Shown here one piece after another: positions 50,322 to 59,330 of a stretch of DNA of 64,000 nt. The stretch lies in the NCBI GenBank assembly GCA_963663165.1, contig OY760175.1:1120001-1184000 (forward strand), in the 5' to 3' direction. This stretch comes from an uncultured Desulfospira sp. GTDB taxonomy: Bacteria > Desulfobacterota > Desulfobacteria > Desulfobacterales > Desulfobacteraceae. The position numbers and the translations under genes were made by a program. The first letter of the stretch is position 1. Every line of letters starts with the position of its first letter. The notes beneath the pieces are model-generated. The model was not told the DNA's origin. It was given only the letters and a program-made list of their open reading frames with translations, and did not search any database.

Positions 50322-50731
50322 ACATTCTGGTAGTGGACGATGATGGCATGGTGGTGGAAAGCTGCAAACGGATTCTTCTCGATGCCGGATTTGCCGTGAT
50401 CACAGCCCCGGATGCGCACACGGCCATCACCTTGCTCAAAGAGGGCACCACGTCCGTGGACATGGTCCTTACGGACATCAAAATGCCGGGCATGGACGGA
50501 TTCAGTTTAATTGAACAGATCAACCAGGCCTTTCCCGGGACCGCGGTCCTGATGATGACCGGCTACCTTGTGCCGGAAACAAAAATCAAAGGATCGGATC
50601 TCGGGGCCCGGGGCTGCATTGCCAAACCCTTTACCCCGGATGAACTCACCTATGCGGTAAAAAAGGCAATGACGGCAGCAGAACCATATTCTTCCCCGGT
50701 TCAGGGGATAACAAAGGGAGACAAAAAATGA
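50318..50731 (+). CDS. Single-domain response regulator
   Basis: MNILVVDDD, TDIKMPGMDG, MMTG, KPF; ATGA overlap with the kinase stop. Confidence 0.9.
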   Translation: MNILVVDDDGMVVESCKRILLDAGFAVITAPDAHTAITLLKEGTTSVDMVLTDIKMPGMDGFSLIEQINQAFPGTAVLMMTGYLVPETKIKGSDLGARGCIAKPFTPDELTYAVKKAMTAAEPYSSPVQGITKGDKK

Positions 50732-51987
50732 AAAAAGACCGGATGCTTGTAATTGATGATGACAATGCCGTCCTGATTTCCTGTCAGGCAATTTTCCGGG
50801 ATAGCGGGTTTGAGGTGGATGTGACCTCAGACCCCAGGGCAGGGATTGAAATGAGCACCAAAGGTAACTATGCCGTTATCTTATGCGACTGGAAAATGCC
50901 GGGTCTCAACGGTCTGGATGTGATATCCGAACTTGAAGAGCGCAGCCCGGATTCCGCCGTGGTCATGTTCAGCGGCTTTCCATCCCCGGACCGGGCGGCA
51001 GAGGCCATTAAAAGAGGGGCCATGGAATTTCTAACCAAACCCTTTACCCCGGATGAACTCACCGGTGCGGTCCAAAAGGCCCTTAAGGGAAAGGTGAACC
51101 AGGAGAAAAAAGTCATGACCCGGGCCCAGCAGGTGCTTGGAAAATTCCCGGTGCCCAGCCTGGACGACAAGGGGCCCGGGATCATTGCCGAAACCGTGGC
51201 CCAGACCGTGGGCGTGGCCAAGGCCAACTCTCCCTGGATCTCTTTGTTTGTCCTGGGGGTACTGGCCGGGGCCTATATCGGATTTGGCGGGCTTTTTTCC
51301 ACCTCCGTCACCTTTGACTTTTCCCCTGCCCTGGGGCTGGGCTTTAAGAAACTGGTCTCTGGCGCGGCCTTCAGTATTGGCCTGATGCTGGTGGTGATCG
51401 CCGGTGCCGAGCTGTTTACCGGCAACAGCCTCATGGTGTCCAGTGTCATGACCGGGCAGATCACCTTAAAAAAGATGGCGGCCCAGTGGGGCATTGTCTA
51501 TGGGGCCAATTTCCTGGGGTCTGTGCTGCTGGCCCTTCTGTTCTACGGGTCCGGCCTGTGGAAGGCCGGCAATGGCCAGCTGGGACTTTCAGCGGTCAAC
51601 GTTGCCCTGGCCAAGGTTCACCTGCCCTGGAGCGAAGCCTTTATCCGGGCTGTGGGGTGTAACTGGATGGTCTGCCTGGCCGTGTGGATGGCCCTGGCCT
51701 CCCGCCAGACCATTTCCAAGATCTTTGCCGTTTTCTTTCCCATCATGGGGTTTGTGGCCATTGGATTTGAGCATTGCGTGGCCAACATGTACTTTATCCC
51801 CTCGGGTATTTTTCTTTCCCATTGGGCCGGGATCGCCGGGCCTGCCGGTGCTGACCTGACCTGGACCGCCTTTATTGTTAACAACCTGGTGCCGGTCACC
51901 CTGGGCAATATTATTGGCGGTGCTTTGTTTGTGGGGGTGGGTTACTGGGGGGCCTACTTAAGGCCCAAGGCCGATGCCGTCCGATAG
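50728..51987 (+). CDS. Receiver domain fused to a formate/nitrite transporter (FNT) channel
   Basis: REC: VIDDD, CDWKMPG, FSG, TKPF; FNT: LAGAYIGFG, GAELFTGN, GCNWMVCLAVW, GFEHCVANM, VTLGNIIGG. Confidence 0.92.
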   Translation: MKKDRMLVIDDDNAVLISCQAIFRDSGFEVDVTSDPRAGIEMSTKGNYAVILCDWKMPGLNGLDVISELEERSPDSAVVMFSGFPSPDRAAEAIKRGAMEFLTKPFTPDELTGAVQKALKGKVNQEKKVMTRAQQVLGKFPVPSLDDKGPGIIAETVAQTVGVAKANSPWISLFVLGVLAGAYIGFGGLFSTSVTFDFSPALGLGFKKLVSGAAFSIGLMLVVIAGAELFTGNSLMVSSVMTGQITLKKMAAQWGIVYGANFLGSVLLALLFYGSGLWKAGNGQLGLSAVNVALAKVHLPWSEAFIRAVGCNWMVCLAVWMALASRQTISKIFAVFFPIMGFVAIGFEHCVANMYFIPSGIFLSHWAGIAGPAGADLTWTAFIVNNLVPVTLGNIIGGALFVGVGYWGAYLRPKADAVR

Positions 51988-52108
51988 CCGGTGTCTGGGT
52001 GGACCTTGTGGACATGGTGGCCCCAGTGGACCTTTGTGACTGAGAATTGTTTACGGATCGGGGCCTTACATGGGGTGGCCGGGGTTATGATGGAACCGGG
52101 GAAAAAGG

Positions 52109-52148
52109 AAGACAGGGAGGGCATTTTCTTTGCCCTCCCTGTCTTTTA
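52109..52148. terminator. Bidirectional intrinsic terminator
   Basis: aagacagggagggca-ttttctt-tgccctccctgtctttt between convergent genes. Confidence 0.8.
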
Positions 52149-52156
52149 CGGCGTTC

Positions 52157-52405
52157 TCATAATTTAGGTGAAATTTCAATGCCAGGCTGGATCTTTTCAA
52201 TTTTAATGGTTTCTTTCTGGGGTTTTTTCTCGTTTTCCGCCTGGACGTGCTTGACGGTTTCAGTGCCTGCGACAACCGCCACAAAAATGGACCCGCAGAT
52301 AACGGTCAGTGCCGTTGTCCCAACAAATGCCTGGGCTGAATGAACTGTGCCAAACGATACCATCGCCAGGATGGCGATCCCTATCACTAAGCTTTTTTTC
52401 ATCAT
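52157..52405 (-). CDS. Small exported/membrane hypothetical protein
   Basis: AAGGAGG RBS; MMKKSLVIGIAILAMVSFGTVHSAQA signal-like sequence, then a hydrophobic helix. Confidence 0.65.
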   Translation of the reverse strand: MMKKSLVIGIAILAMVSFGTVHSAQAFVGTTALTVICGSIFVAVVAGTETVKHVQAENEKKPQKETIKIEKIQPGIEISPKL

Positions 52406-52452
52406 CACAACCTCCTTGATTATTTCGGTTGCACCGATTTCCGGCTTTAACA

Positions 52453-52528
52453 ACTGACTTCCGGTCAGTTAACTATATTATAATTAACCAGCGGTCATCT
52501 GTCAACTGACAAATGACCACTGGTCAAT
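52453..52528. promoter_or_regulatory. Three TGACC-N3-GGTCA-like operator palindromes
   Basis: aactgacttccggtcagtt, taaccagcggtca, tgaccactggtca in a divergent intergenic region. Confidence 0.6.
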
Positions 52529-52732
52529 TATTTTTTTCGTCCAAAATTCCGGTGTCGGCCCACAGGGTAAAACAACGCCCGGCTCATGTTCATCCCCCCA
52601 TAATTTCGCGGATAGTGAACCTTGAAATATTACGGGTTGTCATTTGGGCTCTGATACATCTATAATGTGGACACATGCCGACAAATACATGATGTTCAAT
52701 ATCCGCAAAAGTTAATGAAGAAAGGAGTTCAA

Positions 52733-54238
52733 ATGCCGGCCCAAACTGTTGTTGTTGCCGGATGGGGACAGGTAACCCAGCCAAAACACCTTGAAACCAA
52801 AGCCAAAGACCCCATGGGACTGATGGCCCAGGCCTCCTGGACGGCTGCCGGAATGCTCAAGAATCCCAAATGCTTTGCCGCTGTGGACGGCCTGTTTGCC
52901 GTAAAAAGCCTGAGTGCCTATTATAAAACCCCGGCCCTGGATCTTGCCCGGCAACTGGGGCTCAATCCCAAGGTGTCCTTGGAATCCCACATCGGCGGCA
53001 ACTCCCCCCAGGCCCTGATCAACCGGGCGGCTGGAATGATCGCCAGAAAAGAACTGAACATGGTGCTTGTGGCCGGTGCAGAGGCCTATGTTCCCCGGGG
53101 GAATGATGAGGCCGGCAAAAGAGACGGCAATGCGCTGTTAAAAGGGGTTCCCGAAGATTATAAGGCAGATGACGCCTCGGGTGCCACCCCCTTGGAAATC
53201 CGATACGGCATTGAGCATCCCATCCATGGGTTTCCGTTGTTTGAAACAGCGCTCTGGGCTGAGTCAGGACTTGACCTTAAGACCTATATGACCAAAACAG
53301 CCGCCATGTGGGCCGGGTTCAGCCGTGTGGCCAAAGACAACCCCTATGCCTGGAGCCGCACCCCCCGGTCCCCTGAAGAAATCCTGACTGTTTCCAAGCA
53401 AAACCGGCCCATTTCCTTTCCCTATCCCAAATACATGAATTCTTTTGTGACCGTGGATCAGGGGGCTGCCGTCATTCTCATGTCAGAGGAACTTGCCGAC
53501 GATCTTTGCCCTTCCGCCGGAAACCGGATCTACTTTTGCGGGGGCGGATCGGCCAGGGACCGGCAGCCCTATATCATCCAGAAAACAGACTTTACCGTCA
53601 GCCATCCGTTAAAGGCTGCGTCGGATCAGGCCTTTGAGGTCTCAGGGGTCCACCTGGACCAGATTGAGGCCTTTGACCTGTACTCCTGTTTTCCCTGCGC
53701 TGTCAATATGGCTAAAAAAATGCTGGGGATTGCGGATGAGGATCCCCGCCCCCTGACACTGACCGGGGGACTGGGATTTTTCGGCGGCCCGGGCAACAAC
53801 TACAACCTTCATGCCGTGGCCACCCTGTGTGAACAAATCTATTCTGGACGGCTGCAGACCGGTATGGTCACCGCTTTGGGCTGGTTTCTGCAAAAGCATG
53901 CCGCCGGCATCTATTCTGCCCTGCCCCCCCAAAAGGCCCTTGACGCCATGGGACTGGAAGATGAAAAAGGCCACCTGGCCGGCCCCCCTCCCATGGACAT
54001 TGACCCTGATCCCGCCGGCAACGGGTGTATAGAGACCTACACCATTGTTTACAACGTGGACCAGACCCCGGCATATGCGGTGATTTACGGGAAAACCGAG
54101 GCGGGAAAAAGGTTTATCGCAAGGTCTTTGGATACCCCCGAAACCTATAATCGGCTTTCCGGCAGCCCTATGGTGGGAAGGCGTGTATCACTTGAACATG
54201 ACCCAGACTTAAGCATGACGGTCGCCGGGTTTAAATAG
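52733..54238 (+). CDS. Thiolase-like (acetyl-CoA acetyltransferase-like) protein with extra C-terminal domain
   Basis: IGGNSPQ, VDQGAAVIL, DLYSCFP, LTLTGGLGFFGGPGNNY, C-term IETYTIVY; start ATG 52733 after AAGGAG. Confidence 0.82.
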   Translation: MPAQTVVVAGWGQVTQPKHLETKAKDPMGLMAQASWTAAGMLKNPKCFAAVDGLFAVKSLSAYYKTPALDLARQLGLNPKVSLESHIGGNSPQALINRAAGMIARKELNMVLVAGAEAYVPRGNDEAGKRDGNALLKGVPEDYKADDASGATPLEIRYGIEHPIHGFPLFETALWAESGLDLKTYMTKTAAMWAGFSRVAKDNPYAWSRTPRSPEEILTVSKQNRPISFPYPKYMNSFVTVDQGAAVILMSEELADDLCPSAGNRIYFCGGGSARDRQPYIIQKTDFTVSHPLKAASDQAFEVSGVHLDQIEAFDLYSCFPCAVNMAKKMLGIADEDPRPLTLTGGLGFFGGPGNNYNLHAVATLCEQIYSGRLQTGMVTALGWFLQKHAAGIYSALPPQKALDAMGLEDEKGHLAGPPPMDIDPDPAGNGCIETYTIVYNVDQTPAYAVIYGKTEAGKRFIARSLDTPETYNRLSGSPMVGRRVSLEHDPDLSMTVAGFK

Positions 54239-54319
54239 TATTTGATTAAAACCCGGGCCCGGCCCCTTCATTATCGGGGTTTCAGCTCACAAAGTTGCAT
54301 ATACAAGAGACAAAGACAA

Positions 54320-54360
54320 CGGCGCTTACAACCTTGAGATTGTAAGCGCCGCCATTTTTT
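54320..54360 (+). terminator. Intrinsic terminator
   Basis: cggcgcttacaa-ccttgaga-ttgtaagcgccg followed by a T-run. Confidence 0.75.
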
Positions 54361-54394
54361 GCAACAACTGGAATGAATTTTCGTTCGGCCCCGC

Positions 54395-55852
54395 CTAATT
54401 GGTCAATATGGGCATGCCCATGATGGGCCAGATCACCTTGACGGCGAGGGCCACCACGACCATGAGAATCACACTGGCCGGAATGCCGTACAAGAAGAAC
54501 TCACCTGTGGTAAACTGCTTTGAGTCATAGGCAATGGCATTGGGCGCCGCCCCCACCAGCAGCAGGAAGGGCATACCCGCCGTCACCAGGGCAGCAAACA
54601 AAATGACTTCCGGAGCCACGTTCAGATAAGGTGCGATCACCAGGGCTACCGGCAGGGAGATGGCTATGGCCGCCACGTTCATGATAAAGTTGGTCATGAT
54701 CATGACAAAAAAGGCAATGGACAAAATAAAAATAAAAGGCGGCGAACTCTGGAACATGGTCAGCCAGTTGATGGCCAGCCACTCGGCCGCCCCGGTTTCC
54801 CAGAGGCAGAACCCGATGCTCATGGCCCCGCCGAACAGCAAAATGATGTTCCATGGAATGGCTTCAAGGTCTTTGATGTCCAGAATTTTCAAGACAAAAA
54901 ACAGGACCGTGGACACCAGGATAATCCCGTTTTTGTCCAGGGGTTTGAGGGCCGGGACAAACTGCTTGACAGACATGACAAAGATACAGACAAAGATAAT
55001 GGTGGCGGCCAGGATCTCCTGGGTGGTCAGTTTTCCCATGCCGGCACTCAGTTTCTTGGCCTTTTCCCTCAACCCCGGGATGGTGGCTTTTTCCGGCTTG
55101 AAAAAAATCATGAAAAATCCCCACAGCAGAAATGTCATGCCCCAGCCAATGGGGAACATATAATAGGTCAGCTCAAAAAAGCTGATATCCCGGCCTGCAA
55201 TATCCTTGAAAAATCCCAGGGCCACAGCGCCCCGGGCCGCACCGAGCAGGGTGATGATACTGCCGGCACCGGCCACAAAGGCCATTCCCATGAACAGGCC
55301 CTTGCCGAACTTGGTGGGCTTGTTATCCTCGGTGTACATGGCATAAATCGTCATGAGCAAGGGGAACATGGTGGCGGCCACGGCCGTATGGGCCATGATA
55401 TGGGTTAAGGCTGCCGTGACCACAAAACAGCCCAGGTAGATCATGCTGGTCTTTTCCCCCACAATGGCCAGCATTTTATAAGCCAGCCGCTTGGTCAGCC
55501 CGGTTTTGGTAAACACCATGCCGATAACCAGGGAACCGAAAATAAACAGTACGGACGGGGTCATAAAGTCCTTTAGCGCCTTTTCCGCAGGCCTGACCAT
55601 GAACAAAACCTGTAAGGCGCCAATGGCCAGACTGGTGATGCCGATGGGAATGACCTCAAATACCCACCAGGTCCCGGCCAGTAAAAAGATGGCCAAGGCA
55701 CCCTTTCCCTGCTGGCTCAAAACAAAATGCTTACCTGCCGGATCTATGGCATCCGGCCATGGCGGGGCAAAGTTGACAATACCAAACAAGGTGACGCCGA
55801 TGAGCAGAAAAACTACCCGTTTCCAGTCAAAACTCAATGCTGTTTTCGTCAT
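54395..55852 (-). CDS. DASS/SLC13 anion:Na+ symporter
   Basis: WWVFEVIP, MAHTAVAA, IPWNIILLFGG, GAAPNAI. Confidence 0.9.
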   Translation of the reverse strand: MTKTALSFDWKRVVFLLIGVTLFGIVNFAPPWPDAIDPAGKHFVLSQQGKGALAIFLLAGTWWVFEVIPIGITSLAIGALQVLFMVRPAEKALKDFMTPSVLFIFGSLVIGMVFTKTGLTKRLAYKMLAIVGEKTSMIYLGCFVVTAALTHIMAHTAVAATMFPLLMTIYAMYTEDNKPTKFGKGLFMGMAFVAGAGSIITLLGAARGAVALGFFKDIAGRDISFFELTYYMFPIGWGMTFLLWGFFMIFFKPEKATIPGLREKAKKLSAGMGKLTTQEILAATIIFVCIFVMSVKQFVPALKPLDKNGIILVSTVLFFVLKILDIKDLEAIPWNIILLFGGAMSIGFCLWETGAAEWLAINWLTMFQSSPPFIFILSIAFFVMIMTNFIMNVAAIAISLPVALVIAPYLNVAPEVILFAALVTAGMPFLLLVGAAPNAIAYDSKQFTTGEFFLYGIPASVILMVVVALAVKVIWPIMGMPILTN

Positions 55853-55877
55853 GTTCTTATTGATCTCCTCACTTGAA

Positions 55878-55981
55878 TTAGCTTTTAGCTGTTAGCTGTT
55901 AGCTGTTTAGCTTTTAGCTGTTAGCTGTTAGCTTTTAGCTGTGCCGGCCGGCTCAAGGCTAATGGCTAACAGCTAATGGCT
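55878..55981. repeat. Heptamer array (TTAGCTG/TTAGCTT) ~x9 with a partial inverted array
   Basis: Read directly; inverted gctaatggctaacagctaatggc at 55958-55980. Confidence 0.9.
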
Positions 55982-56177
55982 TCTATATAATTAGACATCC
56001 GGTCTAAATTCCAAGTATCAGCAAACTGTTTCATTTAGAAACGATCCTTAAATAAGATGAGAATCTGTTTTTTGTCAAGCAAAGAGTCGCAGGTTAGAAA
56101 AAAATTAGGGCCCCGGGCTTTGAAACTTATTAATATTTGACAAGGGCTTCAAACAAAGGTAAATCTGCTTCCAGGTC

Positions 56178-56272
56178 TATATGAAAGACTCACTAACATC
56201 TTGAGAAGACCTTTATTATTTGTTATGGGCGGTTCTTGGTTGGATAACCAAGACGGGCCCGTGGCCGTTATT
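56178..56272 (+). repeat. Family-1 ~90-bp element
   Basis: tatatgaaagactcactaacatcttgagaagac...gggcggttcttggttggataaccaagacgggcccgtggccgttat. Confidence 0.92.
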
Positions 56273-56301
56273 CAGGCCACCGTTAGATTCAGGGGAAAAG
56301 C

Positions 56302-57666
56302 GTGAAAATTATCATAGTCGGTGCCGGTGAGGTCGGCTACAACATAGCCAACCGTCTGGCGTCTGAAAACAAGCATGTGATTGTGATTGACAAACACCCG
56401 GAAGCGGCCCGGCGCCTTGAAGAAGATATTGATGTCCAGGTGATCACCGGCTCCGGGGCAAGCCCCAGGGTTCTAACCGAGGCCGGCATTCAGGAGGCCG
56501 ATATTCTCTTGGCCGTCACCGACAGTGACGAGGTCAACCTGGTGGCCTGCATGATGACCGATATCCTGTCCCCTTCCACCAAAAAGCTGGCCCGGATCAG
56601 GAACTCCGATTTTGACGAGTACCATAAAATCTTCCGGAAAAACATTCCCAACATCGACACCATTATCAACCCTGAAATCGAAGTGGTAAAAACCATTCGA
56701 AAGCTGATGGAAGTGCCCCAGGCCGTGGATGTGGGAAGCTTCATTGACGGCCGGGTCAATTATGTGGGGATCCGGCTGACCAAAAATTCGCCCCTGGCCG
56801 GCATGCACCTGGTGGATTTTCACGACAAATTCGGCGATGACCGCCCGTTGATCGCCGCCATTGTCCGGCACAACGAGGTGATTGTCCCCCGGGGCGGCCA
56901 TAAAATCGAACCCGGGGACCTGGTTTATTTTGTCTCAGAAAGCGATAAAGTAGAACAAACCCTTAAGTTATTCGGCATCCGGATCAGCCCCATTAAAAAC
57001 GTGCTGATTATCGGCGGCGGCCATGTGGGGGCAAGGCTTGCCACCATTCTGGATAAGGACGGCATTAAAACAAAGATCATTGAATCAGACGCCCAAAGGT
57101 GCCGGGAACTGTCCGAACAGATGGAAAAAACAGTTGTCCTGCATGGGGATGGATCAGACCAGAAGCTGTTTTTAGAAGAAAATATCCGTCAAAGTGATGT
57201 GGTGGTATCGGTCACCAATGACGACGAAACCAACGTACTGGTCTCCCTGCTGGTGAAAAATTTAGGCGTAAAAAATACCATCACACGGATCGGCAAGTCA
57301 GATTACTATCCGCTGCTGGCCACCTTAGGCATTGAAAAGGTCGTGTCTACTCGTCTTTCAGCGGTCAGCTCCATTCTTCAGGATGTCAGAAAAGGCCAGG
57401 TGCTTTCCGACATATCCATTTTCGGGGAGCGAGGCGAATTCATTGAGGCCATTGCCCTTGAAACCTCGGACCTGACCAACCGGCCGTTGAAGAAGATTCC
57501 CTTTCCCAAAGGGGCCCTTCTGGTCTGTATTATCCGGGACGATCAGGTGACCCTTCCCACCGGTGAAAGCGTGATCAACCCCGGTGACCGGATTATCTTA
57601 TTCGCCGTTCAGCAAGCCGTCAAAAAACTGGAAAAGCTGTTAACCGTTAAACTGGACTTTTTCTGA
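56302..57666 (+). CDS. trkA: Trk K+ uptake regulatory subunit
   Basis: MKIIIVGAGEVG, AVTDSDEVN, IIGGGHVG; two RCK pairs. Confidence 0.95.
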   Translation: MKIIIVGAGEVGYNIANRLASENKHVIVIDKHPEAARRLEEDIDVQVITGSGASPRVLTEAGIQEADILLAVTDSDEVNLVACMMTDILSPSTKKLARIRNSDFDEYHKIFRKNIPNIDTIINPEIEVVKTIRKLMEVPQAVDVGSFIDGRVNYVGIRLTKNSPLAGMHLVDFHDKFGDDRPLIAAIVRHNEVIVPRGGHKIEPGDLVYFVSESDKVEQTLKLFGIRISPIKNVLIIGGGHVGARLATILDKDGIKTKIIESDAQRCRELSEQMEKTVVLHGDGSDQKLFLEENIRQSDVVVSVTNDDETNVLVSLLVKNLGVKNTITRIGKSDYYPLLATLGIEKVVSTRLSAVSSILQDVRKGQVLSDISIFGERGEFIEAIALETSDLTNRPLKKIPFPKGALLVCIIRDDQVTLPTGESVINPGDRIILFAVQQAVKKLEKLLTVKLDFF

Positions 57667-59117
57667 TGCGCTGGAGGTTTATCGCCAGAATCATCGGCAT
57701 TCTCCTGGCCTTTCTGGGCTTTGCCATGGTGGTCCCCTTAGCCAGCAGCCTGATCTTTGGGGACAACGCCTTCAAGGGCATGTTAAGCTCCATCAGCATT
57801 ACCTTAGGAACGGCCACAGGACTGATCCTTTTATCCAGGAAAAAGAACGAAGACGCCTATATCAATCAACGGGAAGGCATGGCCGTGGTGGCTTTGGGAT
57901 GGGCAGCCATCGGATTTTTCGGGTGCCTGCCCTTTTATTTTGCCCCGGGATTTACCGGGTTTACCGATGCCGTGTTTGAGTCCGTATCCGGCTTTACCAC
58001 CACGGGATCATCCATCATGACCAACATTGAAGGCATGGTGCCCAGCGTCCTGCTCTGGCGAAGCCTGATCCAGTGGCTGGGGGGCATGGGAATTATCGTT
58101 CTGTCCCTGGCCATTCTCCCTTTTCTTGGGGTTGGTGGTATTCAGCTTTACAAGGCCGAGGTGCCCAGCCCGGTTCCGGACAAGCTCACCCCGCGATTAA
58201 CCGATTCAGCCAAAATCCTCTGGATGGTCTACGCCGGTATTACTGTGCTGGAAATTATCTTTCTGCTGGCCGGGGGCATGCCATTTTTTGAGGCCCTATG
58301 CCACTCACTGACCACCCTTCCCACCGGGGGGTTTTCTCCCAAAAACGCCTCTATCGCCCATTACGACAGTGTTTATTTTGATATGGTCATTACCGGATTC
58401 ATGCTGCTGGCCGGGATCAACTTCTCCCTTCATTACCAAATTCTCAAAGGCCGGACCCTGGCCTTCTGGCAGGATACGGAATGCAAAATATTCCTGGGCT
58501 CTGTCCTTGTCCTGACCCTGGTGGTGACCTGGAATACCTGTGGCGCCGTCTATGAAACCGTTGGCACGGCCTTCCGGTTTTCCTTTTTTCAAATTGCCTC
58601 CATCATTACCACCACCGGTTTTGCCACGGCCGACTATGAGCTGTATCCGGGGTTAAGCCAGATTATTATCTTTGTCTGCATGTTTTTAGGGGCGTCCGCA
58701 GGCTCCACAGGCGGCGGCATGAAATTTGCCCGGATCATCGTATGTGTTAAGTATTGTTACCGGGAATTGTTCAGGCTTATTCACCCGAGAAGCGTCCAGG
58801 TCATTAAATTGAACAACCAGGTGATCCGGACCGAAGTGCTTCACGCCATCATGGGGTTTTTAGCCCTGTACATCCTGGTGTTCATTCTGGCCAGCGCCAT
58901 TTTAGCGGCCATGGGGCTGGACATGATGACAGCCTTTGGGGCTGCCGCCTCCTGCATCGGCAATATCGGCCCCGGATTCGGCACCGTGGGCCCTGCCGAA
59001 AACTTTGCCCACCTGCCCTGCGCGGCCAAATGGCTGTTATCCTGGTGCATGCTGCTGGGACGATTGGAAATTTATACCTTTATCATTCTGTTAGTACCGG
59101 AATTCTGGCGAAACTAA
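57666..59117 (+). CDS. trkH: Trk K+ uptake membrane subunit
   Basis: FESVSGFTTTG, QWLGGMGI, PTGGF, TTTGF, GSTGGG, NIGPG, MLLGRLE. Confidence 0.95.
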   Translation: MRWRFIARIIGILLAFLGFAMVVPLASSLIFGDNAFKGMLSSISITLGTATGLILLSRKKNEDAYINQREGMAVVALGWAAIGFFGCLPFYFAPGFTGFTDAVFESVSGFTTTGSSIMTNIEGMVPSVLLWRSLIQWLGGMGIIVLSLAILPFLGVGGIQLYKAEVPSPVPDKLTPRLTDSAKILWMVYAGITVLEIIFLLAGGMPFFEALCHSLTTLPTGGFSPKNASIAHYDSVYFDMVITGFMLLAGINFSLHYQILKGRTLAFWQDTECKIFLGSVLVLTLVVTWNTCGAVYETVGTAFRFSFFQIASIITTTGFATADYELYPGLSQIIIFVCMFLGASAGSTGGGMKFARIIVCVKYCYRELFRLIHPRSVQVIKLNNQVIRTEVLHAIMGFLALYILVFILASAILAAMGLDMMTAFGAAASCIGNIGPGFGTVGPAENFAHLPCAAKWLLSWCMLLGRLEIYTFIILLVPEFWRN

Positions 59118-59118
59118 G

Positions 59119-59190
59119 GTATTTGGCCCCAAACTTACCCATCTGCTGCGTTGCTGCGAAAATCTGCAATCCCCATAACCACAAGGTTCC
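59119..59190 (+). repeat. Partial family-3 repeat
   Basis: gtatttggccccaaacttacccatctgctgcgttgctgcgaaaatctgcaatcc, similar to 39150-39190. Confidence 0.5.
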
Positions 59191-59233
59191 ATACCTCAGA
59201 AACAGAGTGAATTTATTCAAAAAAAATTGTAGC

Positions 59234-59323
59234 ATGAAAGTCTTCCCAACATCCTGAGAAGACTTTCATTTTTTGTTGTGGACAGTTCTTGGTTGGATAA
59301 TCCAAGCCGTCCGTGACGGTTAT
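59234..59323 (+). repeat. Family-1 ~90-bp element (diverged)
   Basis: atgaaagtcttcccaacatcctgagaagactttcat...gttcttggttggataatccaagccgtccgtgacggttat. Confidence 0.85.
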
Positions 59324-59330
59324 TCAGGCC

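Noticed and set aside
10122..59323. Family-1 elements as integron attC sites (they end in GTTATA-like sequence)
   Set aside because: No complementary RYYYAAC inverse core, mixed orientation, they flank housekeeping genes such as trkAH, and no intI is in the window
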